NCBI GenBank assembly: GCA_963695095.1 | Contig: CAVOFT010000001.1 | Location: 608,001 to 672,000, forward strand | DNA length: 64,000 nucleotides | From: an uncultured bacterium | GTDB lineage: Bacteria > Krumholzibacteriota > Krumholzibacteriia > JACNKJ01 | Direction: 5' to 3' | Shown: positions 1 through 11,319 of the stretch, one piece after another | Position numbering within the stretch: position 1 is the stretch's first letter | How the letters are laid out: each line of letters starts with the position of its first letter | Program-made: the position numbers and the translations under genes | The notes under the pieces: generated by a model | What the model saw: the letters and a program-made list of their open reading frames with translations, nothing else | Database searches by the model: none | Told to the model about the DNA's origin: nothing

Positions 1-161
1 GATGCATGCAGGAAACGCCAGGCACGCGGATTGCGCTATAGCAAGCAGATCCACCACTCGAAGCAGCGCGATCTCGAACCGCGCAGGTCATTCACCGCGC
101 ATCCGTCGCGCTCGCCGCGACACTGGCATCGCCGGGGAGAACCACCACCATCGCCGATCCC

Positions 162-452
162 ATGCAGGTAGCGCTGATCGCGCTCGCACTCAACGCGTCC
201 ATGCCCTGTGAAGTTCGCGAGATCGACACGGGTCGCCTCATCGAGACGGTTGTCGAGTACATGGACTCCACCGTCGGCCCGGTGGCCGGCTACGGAATCG
301 CCGCGGTGAACGAGACGCCTGGTGCGGGCGAGCTGCTCGTCCTCCTCTGGCTGCCGGAGGATCCAACCGGCGTCGAGGTCCTTCCGCAGGAGGAACCGGT
401 TGGGCAAGTCCCCGCCGGCGCCTGCGGCAAGTTCATCACCTGGGGCGACTAG
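162..452 (+). CDS. hypothetical protein (start uncertain)
   Basis: 96-aa ORF with GC3-biased codons, ending just upstream of the RBS of the next gene; no recognisable motif. Confidence 0.35.
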   Translation: MQVALIALALNASMPCEVREIDTGRLIETVVEYMDSTVGPVAGYGIAAVNETPGAGELLVLLWLPEDPTGVEVLPQEEPVGQVPAGACGKFITWGD

Positions 453-515
453 GTGAAGGCCCTGCGCCGATCGGCAGGAGAGGCTTCCATTCAACACTGC
501 AAGAAGGAGTAGACC

Positions 516-918
516 ATGACCATGTACAAGAAACTCGCCTTTGTGGCCTTCGCCATGCTCGCCGGCTCCGTGAGCGCCGCGAGCGTCGGCTTGGCGAACG
601 AGGCCGAGCGTCACGTCGTCGTCGGCCAGGAGATCCAGGCCAAGATCGATCAGCAGCTCGGCCAGGCCGACGCCGATCGCCAGGCGATCCAGGGGCTGTT
701 GCAGCGGGCGGACGTCCGCCAGATCGCCGGGGCTGCTGGGCTGGACATCGAGCGGGCCAGCGCCGCCGCTGCGGATCCTGTCGGGCCCCGCGCTCGAGCA
801 GCTGGCGGCCCAGGCGAGAGCGGCCGACGCTGACCTCGCCGGCGGGAGCGACACGATCGTGATCTCGGCGACCACGCTCATCATCATCCTGTTGATCATC
901 ATCATCGTCGCGAACTGA
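516..918 (+). CDS. PA2779-like exported protein with C-terminal LAGG motif and hydrophobic tail (one frameshift near 773)
   Basis: RBS AAGGAG before the ATG and a signal peptide. After an extra G near 773 the other frame reads ILSGPALEQLAAQARAADADLAGGSDTIVISATTLIIILLIIIIVAN* (TGA 916-918). Confidence 0.75.
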
Positions 919-930
919 GGCCGTGCAGTC

Positions 931-3022
931 GTGAGCGCGCGGCGGGCAGCAGTTGGCTTTGCGTAGCGGCGGTCGCTCTTGCTTGGGCCGCCCCTGCCGT
1001 TGCCGGGGCGCCTGCCTCCTCGCCCGCGGAGGCGCGTAGCGCGCCGGCGCCGCTGCGCCTGCTCGATGTGCCCTTCGTTCCCCAGAGCGAGGCGCTGTGC
1101 GGCGGGGCCGCGCTCGCCATGGTCCTGCGCTACTGGGGGATGAGCGGCATCTTCGCCGAGGACTTCGCGGCGCTGGTGGAGCCGGGACAGGCGGGCATCC
1201 GCACCAGCGCGCTCGTGAAGGCCGCCCAAGCCCACGGCTGGCTCGCGATGCCGCTGCCCGCAGTCCGCGGTCGCGCTGCAAAGCCAGCTTGCCCAGGGCC
1301 GCCCGGTCATCGCCCTGATCCGGGTGAGCTCGGGCTCCTATCACTACGTGGTGCTCGTGGCCTGGGCCAACGGATGGGTGATCCTCCACGACCCCAGCCC
1401 TGGGTCCGTTCCGGACGCTGCGCGAAGCCGAGTTCGGCGAGGCCTGGTCCGGGAGCGAGAGCTGGGCGCTGCTGGTCCTGCCTCCCCAAGGACGCGAGGC
1501 GCCGGACGCAGCGGATTCCGCGGCGATCGCGCCGCCGGTGCCTGTGGCGATGGACGACTGCGGAGCACTTGTCGAGGCAGGCATCCGTCTGGCCGAACAG
1601 GGCGACAGCGCGCGGGCGGAGCTCAGCTTCCTGGCGGCCCAGGCCCTGTGCCCCGCTGCGGCGGCCCCGCTCCGTGAGCGCGCGGGCCTGCGCTTCCGCG
1701 CCGAGGACTGGGCGGGCGCGAGTCGGCTGGCGACGCATGCCCTGGCGCTCGACCCGAACGATGCGCACGCCAGGCGTCTGCTGGCCGGCAGCGCTTTCCT
1801 GGCCGGCGACATCGAGGGCGCTCTCGACGCCTGGAACGCCCTGGCCGAACCGCGAGCCGACCTCACGCGCATCGATGGCCTCAGGCGCGTCCGCTATGCA
1901 GCCGTGGCCGACCAGCTCGATCTGCCCCCAGGCGAACTGCTCACGCCGCAGGACTTCCGCCGCGCGGGCCGGCGCCTGGCCGATCTGCCGGCCCAATCGG
2001 CGCATCGGCTGAGCCTGCGGCCTCTGCCGCAGGGCATCGCGCAGGTGGACGTGTCGCTGCTGGAGCGCCCCCTCCTCGTCGCGGGCCCCTGGGACCTGGC
2101 GCGAGCAGGCATCAAGGCCCTCAGCGACCAGGAGCTCGCCGTCGACGTGGCCAGCCCCACAGGCAATGGCGAGCTCTGGTCGGCGGGCTGGCGCTGGTGG
2201 GAAGAGCGACCGCGCGTCGCGCTGGCGCTGGCGATTCCCGCGGTCGGCGGCCGGCCCGGGATCTGGCGCCTGGAGGGCTTCTGGGAGCGGCAGAGTTACG
2301 CGGCGCCCTCGCCTGCCGGCGCGAACGCCATGGCCGAGAGCGGGCTGAGCCGTGAGGAGCGCCGGCGCACGTCGCTCTCCTTCGCCGATTGGCTGGGCTC
2401 GGATCTCCGCCTCGAACTCGGCGCCGCCCTCGACAAGTGGGTCGATCGCGGTGCCTATCTATCGCTGGCGGGCGGTGTCGAAACGCGCTGGGCGGGCGAG
2501 CGGCTCGCGCTGGGCGCGCAGGCGGCGAGCTGGACCAGTCTCGCCCGCGGCGCTCCCTTCGCCGCCGGCGGCCTCACCCTCGCCTGGTGCTCGCGCGGCC
2601 TGGACAGCGGCGACGCCTGGCAAGGCCGCCTGGGACTTTCCAGTGCGTCGGCGGAAGCGCCGCTCGCCCTCTGGTCCGGCGCGGGAACCGGCCAGGGGCG
2701 TACGCCTCTGCTGCGCGCGCACCCCCTGCTGGTGGGGGGCGGCATCGACGGCCCCATGTTCGGGCGCCGGCTCGTCCATGGCACGATCGAGCGGCAGATC
2801 TGGCCATGGATGCTGGGGCCGCTTGAGCTCGGTTGGGCCTTCTTCGTGGACGGCGCCAGAGCCTGGGAAACGGGACGCGCCGACCGCGTCCCCTGGCAGG
2901 CGGACGGCGGTGCGGGCCTGCGCCTGCGGCGGCTCGGCATGAAAGGTCAGCTGCGGATCGACGCGGCCCTGGGCATGGTCGATGGCAGCTCGGCCATCTC
3001 CCTCGGCTGGCAGTTGCCCTGA
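931..3022 (+). CDS. C39-family (PA2778-like) cysteine peptidase fused to TPR, POTRA-like and putative outer-membrane beta-barrel domains (several frameshifts in 960-1540)
   Basis: LDVPFVPQSEALCGGAALAMVLRYWG (Cys motif) and YHYVVLVAW...ILHDP (His/Asp) lie in adjacent frames. The 1538..3022 frame has TPR-like helices, a POTRA-like pattern (IDGLRR...PGELL...RRLADLP...VDVSLLERP), amphipathic strands and the C-terminus ISLGWQLP. Confidence 0.7.
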
Positions 3023-3156
3023 GTTGGATCGACAGCGTCGCGCGGCCTATTCTGCTGGCGGCGGTCGTTCCTTCCAGCGGGCCCCGGATCTAACGCCTGG
3101 CGACGGGCCCTCGCCCGCGCTATCATCGAGACGGCTCCTTGCCGGGAGAGTGTTGC

Positions 3157-3525
3157 ATGCGCTTCATCCTGCGCCTCCTGATCACCGCGCTCACGATCTT
3201 CGCCGTCGCCTACCTGTCCGAGGGCCGGCTGGTGGCGTGGACGCCTTCTGGCCGACGGCGATCCTCGCGGCGCTGGTGCTCGGCCTCGTCAACGCGATCG
3301 TCAAGCCCGTCGTCAAGCTGCTCGCGCTGCCGATCACCTGCCTCACGCTCGGCGCTCTTCCTGCTGGTGATCAACGCGGCGATGCTCTACCTCGTCGACT
3401 GGATCGTGCCCGGCTTCGAGACAGTGGGCTTCCTGCCCACCGTGCTGGCCGCAATCCTGATCGCGATCGTCGGCGGCATCGGCGGCAAGCTCATCGACGA
3501 CGACAAGCGAGGCGATCCCGACTGA
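3157..3525 (+). CDS. 4-TMS phage holin-family (YvlD/DUF360-like) membrane protein, two compensating frameshifts
   Basis: MRFILRLLITAL..., ALVLGLVNAIVKPVVKLLALPITCLTLG, LFLLVINAAMLYLVDWIVPGF: family signature split across frames. Confidence 0.8.
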   Translation: MRFILRLLITALTIFAVAYLSEGRLVAWTPSGRRRSSRRWCSASSTRSSSPSSSCSRCRSPASRSALFLLVINAAMLYLVDWIVPGFETVGFLPTVLAAILIAIVGGIGGKLIDDDKRGDPD

Positions 3526-3805
3526 GCGCTCGGGTCGCGGCCGAAAGTCACGCAACGAGCATTGAGCAGCGCCGCCGGCCGCGGCAGTTCACCGCCCCGC
3601 GGGCGGCTTCACGCACTCGCAGAACACGCTCGCGTAGTAGCCGGCCATGGCCCGCCGCTCCTCTCGCTTCCCGCTATTCGGACCCTGGACCCTCGCCCCC
3701 GGGGGCGTCAAGCGCCTGGAACCGATTCTGCTCCTGGGTCTTTGCCTGCCGATAGGCTATCATTCAGGCAGATCAGCCCCTCGACCCCCTCATTGGATTG
3801 CCCGC

Positions 3806-4507
3806 ATGCCCCGCTGGCCCGCACTCATCCTCGTTGCCACGCTCGCCTTGGCCGCGACGCCCCCGGGGGCCGGCGCGCAGCCGGAGCTGCCGCCGCGGCC
3901 CGGCGAGTTGCAGCTCGGCCGCCTGCACTACAGCGGCGGCGGCGACTGGTACGGCAACCCCAGCAGCCTGCCCAACCTGCTCGAGGAGTTCGAGCGCCGC
4001 ACGGGCATCGACTGCGCCGCCCGCGAGACCGTGGTCAAGGCCACGGATCCCGGCCTGGATCGCCTGCCCCTGGTCTACCTCAACGGCCACGGCAACATCC
4101 AGCTCAGCGCCGAGGAGGAGACGCGCCTGCGCGCCTGGCTCCAGCGCGGCGGCTTCCTCTGGGCCGATGACAACTACGGTCTCGACGCCAGCTTCCGCCG
4201 CATGGTGGAGCGGCTCTTTCCCGCCGAGCAACTCCGCCTCGTGCCGGCCGATCACCCCATCTATCACAGCTTCTACGCGCTGGACGGCGTGCCCAAGATC
4301 CACGTCCACGACGGCAAGCCGCCGCAGGGCTGGGGCCTCTTCCTCGACGGCCGCCTGGCCGTCTTCTACACCTACGAGTCGGACATCGGCGACGGCCTCG
4401 AGGACGCCGAGGTGCACAAAGACCCGCCCGAGAAGCGCGAGGCGGCGCTGAAGATGGCCGTCAACGTGCTCTACCACGCCCTCGTCCGCGCGAGACCGTC
4501 GGCATGA
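3806..4507 (+). CDS. DUF4159 domain-containing protein
   Basis: Signal peptide, then LGRLHYSGGGDWYGNPSSLPNLL, GGFLWADDNYG, PKIHVHDGKPPQG, YESDIGDGLED. Confidence 0.85.
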   Translation: MPRWPALILVATLALAATPPGAGAQPELPPRPGELQLGRLHYSGGGDWYGNPSSLPNLLEEFERRTGIDCAARETVVKATDPGLDRLPLVYLNGHGNIQLSAEEETRLRAWLQRGGFLWADDNYGLDASFRRMVERLFPAEQLRLVPADHPIYHSFYALDGVPKIHVHDGKPPQGWGLFLDGRLAVFYTYESDIGDGLEDAEVHKDPPEKREAALKMAVNVLYHALVRARPSA

Positions 4508-7500
4508 GCGCGCCCCGCGAGACGGCCGCCGGCCAGCGCCTGCTCGCCCTGCTCGGCCGCGAGCTGCAGCGGGCGCGGCGCGCCCACTGGCGCGCGGCCC
4601 TCGGTCCGGCGGCGGCCCTCGCCCTGGCGGTGCTGCTGCTCGCCGCCGCGATCCTGCAGCTCGCCGCCCCCAGCAGTCCGGCGGGCGGCACCGCCTTCGC
4701 GCTGATCACCTGGCTGCTCGTGCTCGCGCCGCTGGCCGCGGCGCTGCTCTGGCCACTGCGCCGCCTCCCCGATGCGCGGCGCCTGCTGCGCGAGGCCGAG
4801 GCCCAGGCCGACACGCGCCAGCTCCTGGAAACCGCCGCCGACGTCGCCGAGGGGCGCCTGGAGGGCAAGGGCTACTCGCCTGCGCTGATGGATCGCGTCC
4901 TCGCCGGCGCGGCCGAGCGCGCCGCCGCCGGCCTGCCCGATCCCGAGCAGGGCCCCTGGCCGCGCCGGGGCCGGCAGGCTGTGCTCGCGCTCGCGCCGCT
5001 GCTGCTCATCGCCGCCCTGCCGGCCAGCCGCACGGGCATCCGTCCGGCGGCCTTCCTGCTCGACCCGCGCGATCCGGCGCACTATGCCGAGCGCGCCTCG
5101 CTCGCGCTCGCGCCGGGCGACATCGAGGTGCTTGCCGGCAGTCCGCTGCGCCTGGAGTTGCGCGAAGTGGGCTTGCCCTGGCGCTTTCCCGGCGCCTTGC
5201 GCCTGGAGATCGACGAGACGGGGGACCTGTTCCAGCCCGCTGCGCTCCAGCGCGAGGGCGAGGCCTGGGTGCATCGGCGCGAGGCCGTGCAGCAGGGTTT
5301 CAGCTACCGCGCCCGGCACGGCCGCAGCCTGAGCCCGAGCTATCGCGTCAGCGTCTACCACCCGCCGCTCCTGGACAGCCTGCGCGTGACCGCCACGCCG
5401 CCGGCCTACACGAAGCTGCCGGCGCGCAGCCTGGATCTGCAGAGCGGCAGCCTCAGCCTGCCGCTGGGCAGCCGGCTCGCGCTGGAGGGCCTGGCGGCGA
5501 GCGAGCTGGCGCGCGCCTGGCTCCTGGGCGCCGGACCCGACAGCCTGCCGCTGGCCGTCGCGGGCCGCCGCCTGCGCGGAGAGCTGACGGTGGACGCCGA
5601 TGCCCGCCTCGCCCTCAGTCTCGAGGACGCGCGCGGCACGCGGAGTCGCACGCCCACGCTCATCGAGCTGAGCGCGCTCGCCGACCGGCCGCCCACGGTG
5701 GAGATCCTCGCCCCGGGCCCGGACGCGGACCTCAGCCGCGACCTGCTGCAAGTGCTGGAGATCAGCGTGGCCGACGACTACGGCGTCGCCACGCTCCACC
5801 TGCGCGCCGCCAAGCGGGAGGATCCCGACAGCCTGCGCCGGGCGCTGCCGCTGGGCGAGGCCGCCGGCCAGCCGCGCGGCGCGCTGCGCTGGCGCTGGGA
5901 CCTGGGCGCCGACTGGGCGCTCTTTCCGGGCGACGTCGTCGAGTACTGGCTCGAGGTGAGCGACACGCGGCCCGGCCGGCCGGGGCGCGGGGTCAGCGCC
6001 GTCCAGCGCCTGCGCGTGCCCTCGGTGGCCGAGATCTACGCCGACATCGAGAAGGAAGACGAAGCGCGCACGGAGTCCCTCGAGGAGATGGTGGACGAGG
6101 GCCAGCGCCTGCAGGAGGACATGCGCCGCCTGGAGGAGGAGCTGCGCGCCGATCCCGAGCTGGACTGGGAGCGCGAGCAGGAGCTGAAGGACACCTTCGA
6201 GCGCCTGGAGAGCATGAGCGAGCAGCTCGAGGAGATGCAGAAGGGCCTGGCCGAGCGCAGCGACAAGCTCGGCGAGAACGAGATGCTGCGCCAGCAGATG
6301 GCCGAGAAGCTCCAGAAGATCGAGGAGCTGATGGCCGAGCTGCGCGACACCGAGGCCGGCGAGCTGCTGCGCCGCTTCCAGGAGATGCTCGAGCAGATGG
6401 ATCCCGAGCGCCTGCCCGAGGAACTCGAGCAGATGCGCATGGACCACGCGGATATCCTCGAGCAGCTCGAGCGCACCGAGGCCATGCTCGAGCAGCTCAT
6501 GCGCGACCAGAAGCTCGACGCCCTCCAGCGCGAGCTGGACGAGCTGCTCGAGCAGCAGGAGAAGCTGCGCGCCGAAAGCGAGCAGCTTCCCGAGCAGAAG
6601 CCGCAGGCCGATGCGCAGGAGCAGGAGAAGACCGAGGCCGCAGCGGACTCGAGCGCGAGCGCGAAGCCCGACGAGGAGCAGCAGGCCGGCGGCGAGGAGA
6701 CGCCCGAGCAGAAGGCCGAGCGCGAGGCGCTGGCCGAGAAGCAGCAGAAGCTGGCCGAGGAGACCGCCGAGCTACTGAAGAAGATCCAGGACGCGGCCAA
6801 GGAGCTGAAGGACGAGTTCCCCGAGCAGGCCGAGGCCATGGAGAAGGCCGCCGAGCCGCAGACGCCCGAGGATCCCAGCCAGCCGATGGAGGACGCCGGC
6901 GAGCAGCTGGGCGACCAGAGCCCGGAGGCCAACCAGAGCCAGCGCGAGGCCGCGCGCCGCCTGCTCAAGCTCTACTGGAAGCTGGTCAAGGCCCAGGCCG
7001 GCATGAGCTCGCAGACGGACATGGCGGCCCTGGCCGCGATCGAAGCCATCACCCGCGAGGCGCTCGAGGTCTCCCTGCGCGAAGAGGCGCACGAGGACGA
7101 GACGGCGCGCCTGCTCCGGCAGGGCCAGCGCCCCGAGCGCCTGCGCGAGGCGGCCCGCCGGCAGATGGGGCTCTACCAGTCCATGGAGCAGGTGCGCGAG
7201 GGCCTCGTCGATGCGGCCAAGCTCACCTTCGGTGTCAGCCGCGACGCCATGCGCCAGACGCAGGAGGCCCTGGAGGCGATGGCGGCCAGCGTCGGCGAGC
7301 TGGAAGCCGGCCAGGGCGCGGCGGGGGTGCAGAGCGCGGGGCGCTCGGTGGGGCATCTCAACGTCGCCATCGTCGAGCTGCTGCGCGGCACGCGCATGCA
7401 GGGCTCGGGTACGGGCAGCTGCCCCAATCCGGGCGCGGCGATGCAGGACATGCTCAAGCGCCAGGAGCAGCTCAACCAGGAGAGCCGCGGCCAGGCCGGG

Positions 7501-7971
7501 CGCTCGGGCGGCGGGCTGTCGATGGAGGAGCGCGCGGGCATGGCGCGACTCAAGGCCGAGCAGCGCGCCATCCGCGAGGGCGTCGAGGACCTGATGGGCG
7601 GCGACCAGGGCGAGATTCTCGGGCGCCTGGACAAGGTCGTCGAGGACATGCAGGAGGTGGAGCGCGACCTCGAGGCCGGCCGCCTCGATGCGGAGACCCT
7701 GCGCCGCCAGGAGAAGATCTTCGAGCGCCTGCTCGATGCCCAGCGCTCCGTGCAGCGCCGCGACTTCAAGCAGGAGCGCCAGAGCGAGAGCGCCGACGAG
7801 CTGGCGCCGCTGTGGCCCGACGACCTGCGCGACGGCGATCCCCTGGCCAAGCTGCGCGACGAGATCCGCCGCGGTCTCGGCGAGGCGGCGCCGCCCGAGT
7901 ACGAGGAGCTGATCCAGGAGTACTACCGCTCCCTGCTCGAGCGGCAGGACGCCGGGACGCCGCTGCCATGA
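4504..7971 (+). CDS. DUF4175-like membrane-anchored long coiled-coil protein
   Basis: 1155 aa. N-terminal TM helices, Ig-like middle (D.PP.V, DDYGV), Q/E-rich coiled coil, C-terminal RQEKIFERLLDA...PPEYEELIQEYYRSL; ATGA overlap with the upstream gene. Confidence 0.75.
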   Translation: MSAPRETAAGQRLLALLGRELQRARRAHWRAALGPAAALALAVLLLAAAILQLAAPSSPAGGTAFALITWLLVLAPLAAALLWPLRRLPDARRLLREAEAQADTRQLLETAADVAEGRLEGKGYSPALMDRVLAGAAERAAAGLPDPEQGPWPRRGRQAVLALAPLLLIAALPASRTGIRPAAFLLDPRDPAHYAERASLALAPGDIEVLAGSPLRLELREVGLPWRFPGALRLEIDETGDLFQPAALQREGEAWVHRREAVQQGFSYRARHGRSLSPSYRVSVYHPPLLDSLRVTATPPAYTKLPARSLDLQSGSLSLPLGSRLALEGLAASELARAWLLGAGPDSLPLAVAGRRLRGELTVDADARLALSLEDARGTRSRTPTLIELSALADRPPTVEILAPGPDADLSRDLLQVLEISVADDYGVATLHLRAAKREDPDSLRRALPLGEAAGQPRGALRWRWDLGADWALFPGDVVEYWLEVSDTRPGRPGRGVSAVQRLRVPSVAEIYADIEKEDEARTESLEEMVDEGQRLQEDMRRLEEELRADPELDWEREQELKDTFERLESMSEQLEEMQKGLAERSDKLGENEMLRQQMAEKLQKIEELMAELRDTEAGELLRRFQEMLEQMDPERLPEELEQMRMDHADILEQLERTEAMLEQLMRDQKLDALQRELDELLEQQEKLRAESEQLPEQKPQADAQEQEKTEAAADSSASAKPDEEQQAGGEETPEQKAEREALAEKQQKLAEETAELLKKIQDAAKELKDEFPEQAEAMEKAAEPQTPEDPSQPMEDAGEQLGDQSPEANQSQREAARRLLKLYWKLVKAQAGMSSQTDMAALAAIEAITREALEVSLREEAHEDETARLLRQGQRPERLREAARRQMGLYQSMEQVREGLVDAAKLTFGVSRDAMRQTQEALEAMAASVGELEAGQGAAGVQSAGRSVGHLNVAIVELLRGTRMQGSGTGSCPNPGAAMQDMLKRQEQLNQESRGQAGRSGGGLSMEERAGMARLKAEQRAIREGVEDLMGGDQGEILGRLDKVVEDMQEVERDLEAGRLDAETLRRQEKIFERLLDAQRSVQRRDFKQERQSESADELAPLWPDDLRDGDPLAKLRDEIRRGLGEAAPPEYEELIQEYYRSLLERQDAGTPLP

Positions 7972-9966
7972 GCCCGAGCCGTCGCCTGCCCCCGCGCTCG
8001 CGCGGTGCCCTGCGGCGTGCCGCGCAGCGGGCGCTGCTCGTCGGTCTGGCCCTGACCCTGGCCCTGCCGGCCCTCGGCCAGGACGAGCCCTCCGCGCAGC
8101 TGCCGCCGGCTTCGCTGCGCTCCGTCGACCCTCGCTCCAGCTTCGCGCGCGAGCTGCTCCAGGCTCAGCAGCACATGAAGCGCGACCCCGAAGGCGCCTA
8201 CATCCGACTCCAGACCCTGGCGGCGCGCGCGCCCGAGAGCGCCGATGCGCAGTACCTCCTGGCCCAGGCCGGCCGCCTGACCGGGCGCCTGGACGAAGCC
8301 GAGCGGCTGCTGCGCGATCTGCACGGCCGCTATCCCGAGGCGCAGGGCTATGTCAGCGAGCTGGCCCTGGTGCTGCTGCGCAGCGGCCGGGATGAGGAGG
8401 CGAAGCGCTTCCTGGCCATGCTCTACCGCGAGGGGCCGCCGCGCGCGGCCGCCTACGAAGCGGCGGCCGGTCTGCTGCTGAACCAGGCCCGCCCCGATCT
8501 CGTTGAGGCCATCTACCGCGAAGGCCTGGCCGCGCTGCCTCGCGCGGACGAGTACGGGCGCCTGCGCCTGCTCCGGCGGCTCTTCGAGTTCTACAACCTC
8601 ATCGACGCGCCGGAGATGCTGCTTCGCCTGCTGGCTGCAGAGAGCCAGGTCTTTCAGGAGCCGCGCTTGCGCGAGGAGCTGCTGCGCGAGGGTGAGCTGT
8701 TCCTGGGCGAGGCCCAGTCGCCCGCGGTGCTGCTACCCGTGGCGGATAGCCTGGCGGCCTCGCCGGCCGGTCCGCGCCTGTCGCCGGTGCTGCGGCAGAT
8801 CTACCTGGCCGTGGGCGACCACGCGCGCTTCGCCGAACAGGCCCTGCGCACGCCCGTGCCCGCCGGCGAGCGCGCCCACTGGCTCTATGGCGAGGGCCTG
8901 CGCTGCCTGGAAGACGTGGATCGCGGCACTCCCACCGCGGCCCGCCATCGCCGCGCCGCTGCCGATCGCCTCTTCAGCGCCGGACTGGCCGCGGCGAAGG
9001 CCAATCCCTCCCTGCGCGCCATGCTGCGCTACCAGCTCGCGCGCCTGCGCCTGGAGGCGGACGGCGAGGCGCGCCTGGCCGGTCGCGTGCCCACAGCGGC
9101 GGCCACGGACTCCCTGCGCGGCCTGCTCGCGGACTTGCGGCGCGAGCAGCCCGGGAGCGAATGGGCCACACGGGCGCTCATCGACGAGCTGCGCTTTCTG
9201 CGCGAGCGCCTGGGCGACCCGGCCGGCGCAGAAACCCTCTTGCGCGCCTGGCTGCTCGAGCCCGAGCGGGCGCGCACGCCCGCCATCGAGGCCGCCCTCG
9301 AGCTGGAGCTGGGCGAGACGCTGCTCGCCTCCCAGCGCTTCGCCGAGGCCAGGGGTCATTACGAGAGCCTGCTGCGCCCCGAGCGCGGCGCGAGTCGTCC
9401 GACGGCCCTCGGCGCCTGGGCCTCCTTCCGTCTCGCCGAACTCCTGGTGGTCGAGGGCGAGTTGCAGGCCGCCCAGGACAGCCTGGCGGCCCTGGCCGAG
9501 GGCGACCCCGGCGCCGCGCTGGCCAATGACGCCCTCGATCTGGCGCTCCTGCTCGCCGAGAGCGGCGGCTGGCCGGAGAGCGTGCGCGCGCACTTGCTGG
9601 CGGCCTTGCAGCGCGAGGTCGGCGGCGATCCGCTGGGCGCAGCGACGGCCCTGCTCGACTTCGCCGCCGCCTATCCCGAGGACGCGGCCAGCCCGGCCCT
9701 GCTCTATCGCGCCGGTCAGCTCGAGCTGCGCGCCTGGCGCGGCGAGGCGGCGCTGGCGGCCTGGCTGCTGCTCGCCGATCGCCATCCCGAGGACGGGCGG
9801 GCGGCGCAGGCCCTCGAACAGGCGGCGCGCCTGGCCCAGCGCATGGGCGACCCCGCCCGGGCGCGGGCCCTGCTCGCGCGCATCCTCGAGGAACACCCGG
9901 ACTTTCGCCTGCGGCCCGAGCCTGCGCGACCTGCAGGATCGCCTCAAGCACGAGGGGGACGCATGA
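7968..9966 (+). CDS. tetratricopeptide repeat protein (frameshift near 9918)
   Basis: ATG overlaps the previous stop; signal peptide; TPR helices; C-terminus RPSLRDLQDRLKHEGDA* in the shifted frame. Confidence 0.7.
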
Positions 9967-11232
9967 TGGCTGGCACGCCTCCTGGGCGCGGGGCTGCTCC
10001 TGCTGTGCATGGCCCTCGCCGCGCCCGGCCTCAGGGCCGACCTGCTGGTGCCCATGGACCTGGAGCAGACCGACCATCTGCGCGCCTACGGCCTGGCCTA
10101 CCACCGCCTGCAGCAGCAGGAGACGGTGCTCTGGTTGCTCAACTATCGCGGCGGCTCGTTTCTGCTCAGCGACTCCGAGTCCGCGCGCCGCGAGGCGGTG
10201 CGCATGGGCGTGCGCGTGGAGTCCGTGAGCGAGGGCAAGCGGGCCGCGATCTTCGGCACCATCGAGGCGAGCAACATGGAGAAGGTCCTGCTCGAGAAGG
10301 CGCCCGAGGTGGCCATCTACAGCCCGCCGACGGCCCAGCCCTGGGACGACGCGGTGATGATGGCCCTCGACTACGCTGAGATCCCCTACACGGTGATCTA
10401 CGACCAGGAGGTGCTGGCCGGCCGGCTCGCCGACTTCGACTGGCTGCACCTGCACCACGAGGACTTCACGGGCCAGTACGGCAAGTTCCTGGCCCTCTAC
10501 GGCAGCCAGCCCTGGTATCAGCGCGACAAGCTGGTCTCCGAGCAGATGGCGGCCGCGGCCGGCTACCCCAGCGTCAGCGAGCACAAGAAGGCCGTGGCGC
10601 GCATGATCCGCAGCTACGTCGAAAAGGGCGGCTTTCTCTTTGCGATGTGCAGCGCGACGGACTCGATCGACATCGCGCTGGCCGCCGAGGGCGTGGACAT
10701 CGTGGCCGCCGAATACGACGGCGATCCGCCCGATGCCGACTGCCAGGAGCGCCTGGACTATCGCCGCGGATTCTGCTTCCAGGACTACCAGCTCATCACG
10801 AGCCCGATGGTCTACGAGTTCAGCGACATCGACGCCACCAACACGGCGCGCCTGCGCGGGCGGGGCAGCGACTACTTCACGCTCTTTGAATTCTCCGCCA
10901 AGTTCGATCCCGTGCCCACCATGCTCGTGCAGAACCACGTGGCCGTGGTGGAGGGCTTCATGGGCCAGACCACGAGCTACTACAAGCGCTTCCTGCAGGA
11001 CGCGGCGACCGTGCTCGGCGAGGTGGAGGGCGCCGGCGAGGTGCGCTACCTCCACGCGGCGCGGGGTCAGGGCACCGTCACCTTCCTCGGCGGCCACGAT
11101 CCCGAGGACTACGAGCACCGCGTGGGCGACCCGCCCACGGACCTCAGCCTGCACCTGCACTCGCCGGGCTACCGGCTGATCCTCAACAACGTGCTCTTCC
11201 CGGCGGCGGAGAAGAAGGAGCGGAAGACCTAG
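9963..11232 (+). CDS. exported protein of the FCB-group family usually labelled 'asparagine synthetase B' (function doubtful; main frame from 10009, 5' frameshift likely)
   Basis: LLVPMDLEQTDHLRAYGLAY, WLLNYRGGSF, QPWDDAV, WLHLHHEDFTGQYGKF, FAMCSATD, GGHDPEDY, SPGYRLILNNVLFPAA. Confidence 0.75.
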
Positions 11233-11319
11233 CCCCGGCTTGCGCGGGGCCCAGGCGCGGCCGGCCGAGGCGCCGGTCGCCGCGACAGCGACAGGCGGCG
11301 CCTCGGTTCTGGCCCGATC

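Noticed and set aside
3157..3525. Prophage suggested by a holin-family gene
   Set aside because: This 4-TMS family is commonly chromosomal; no endolysin, structural or integrase genes nearby
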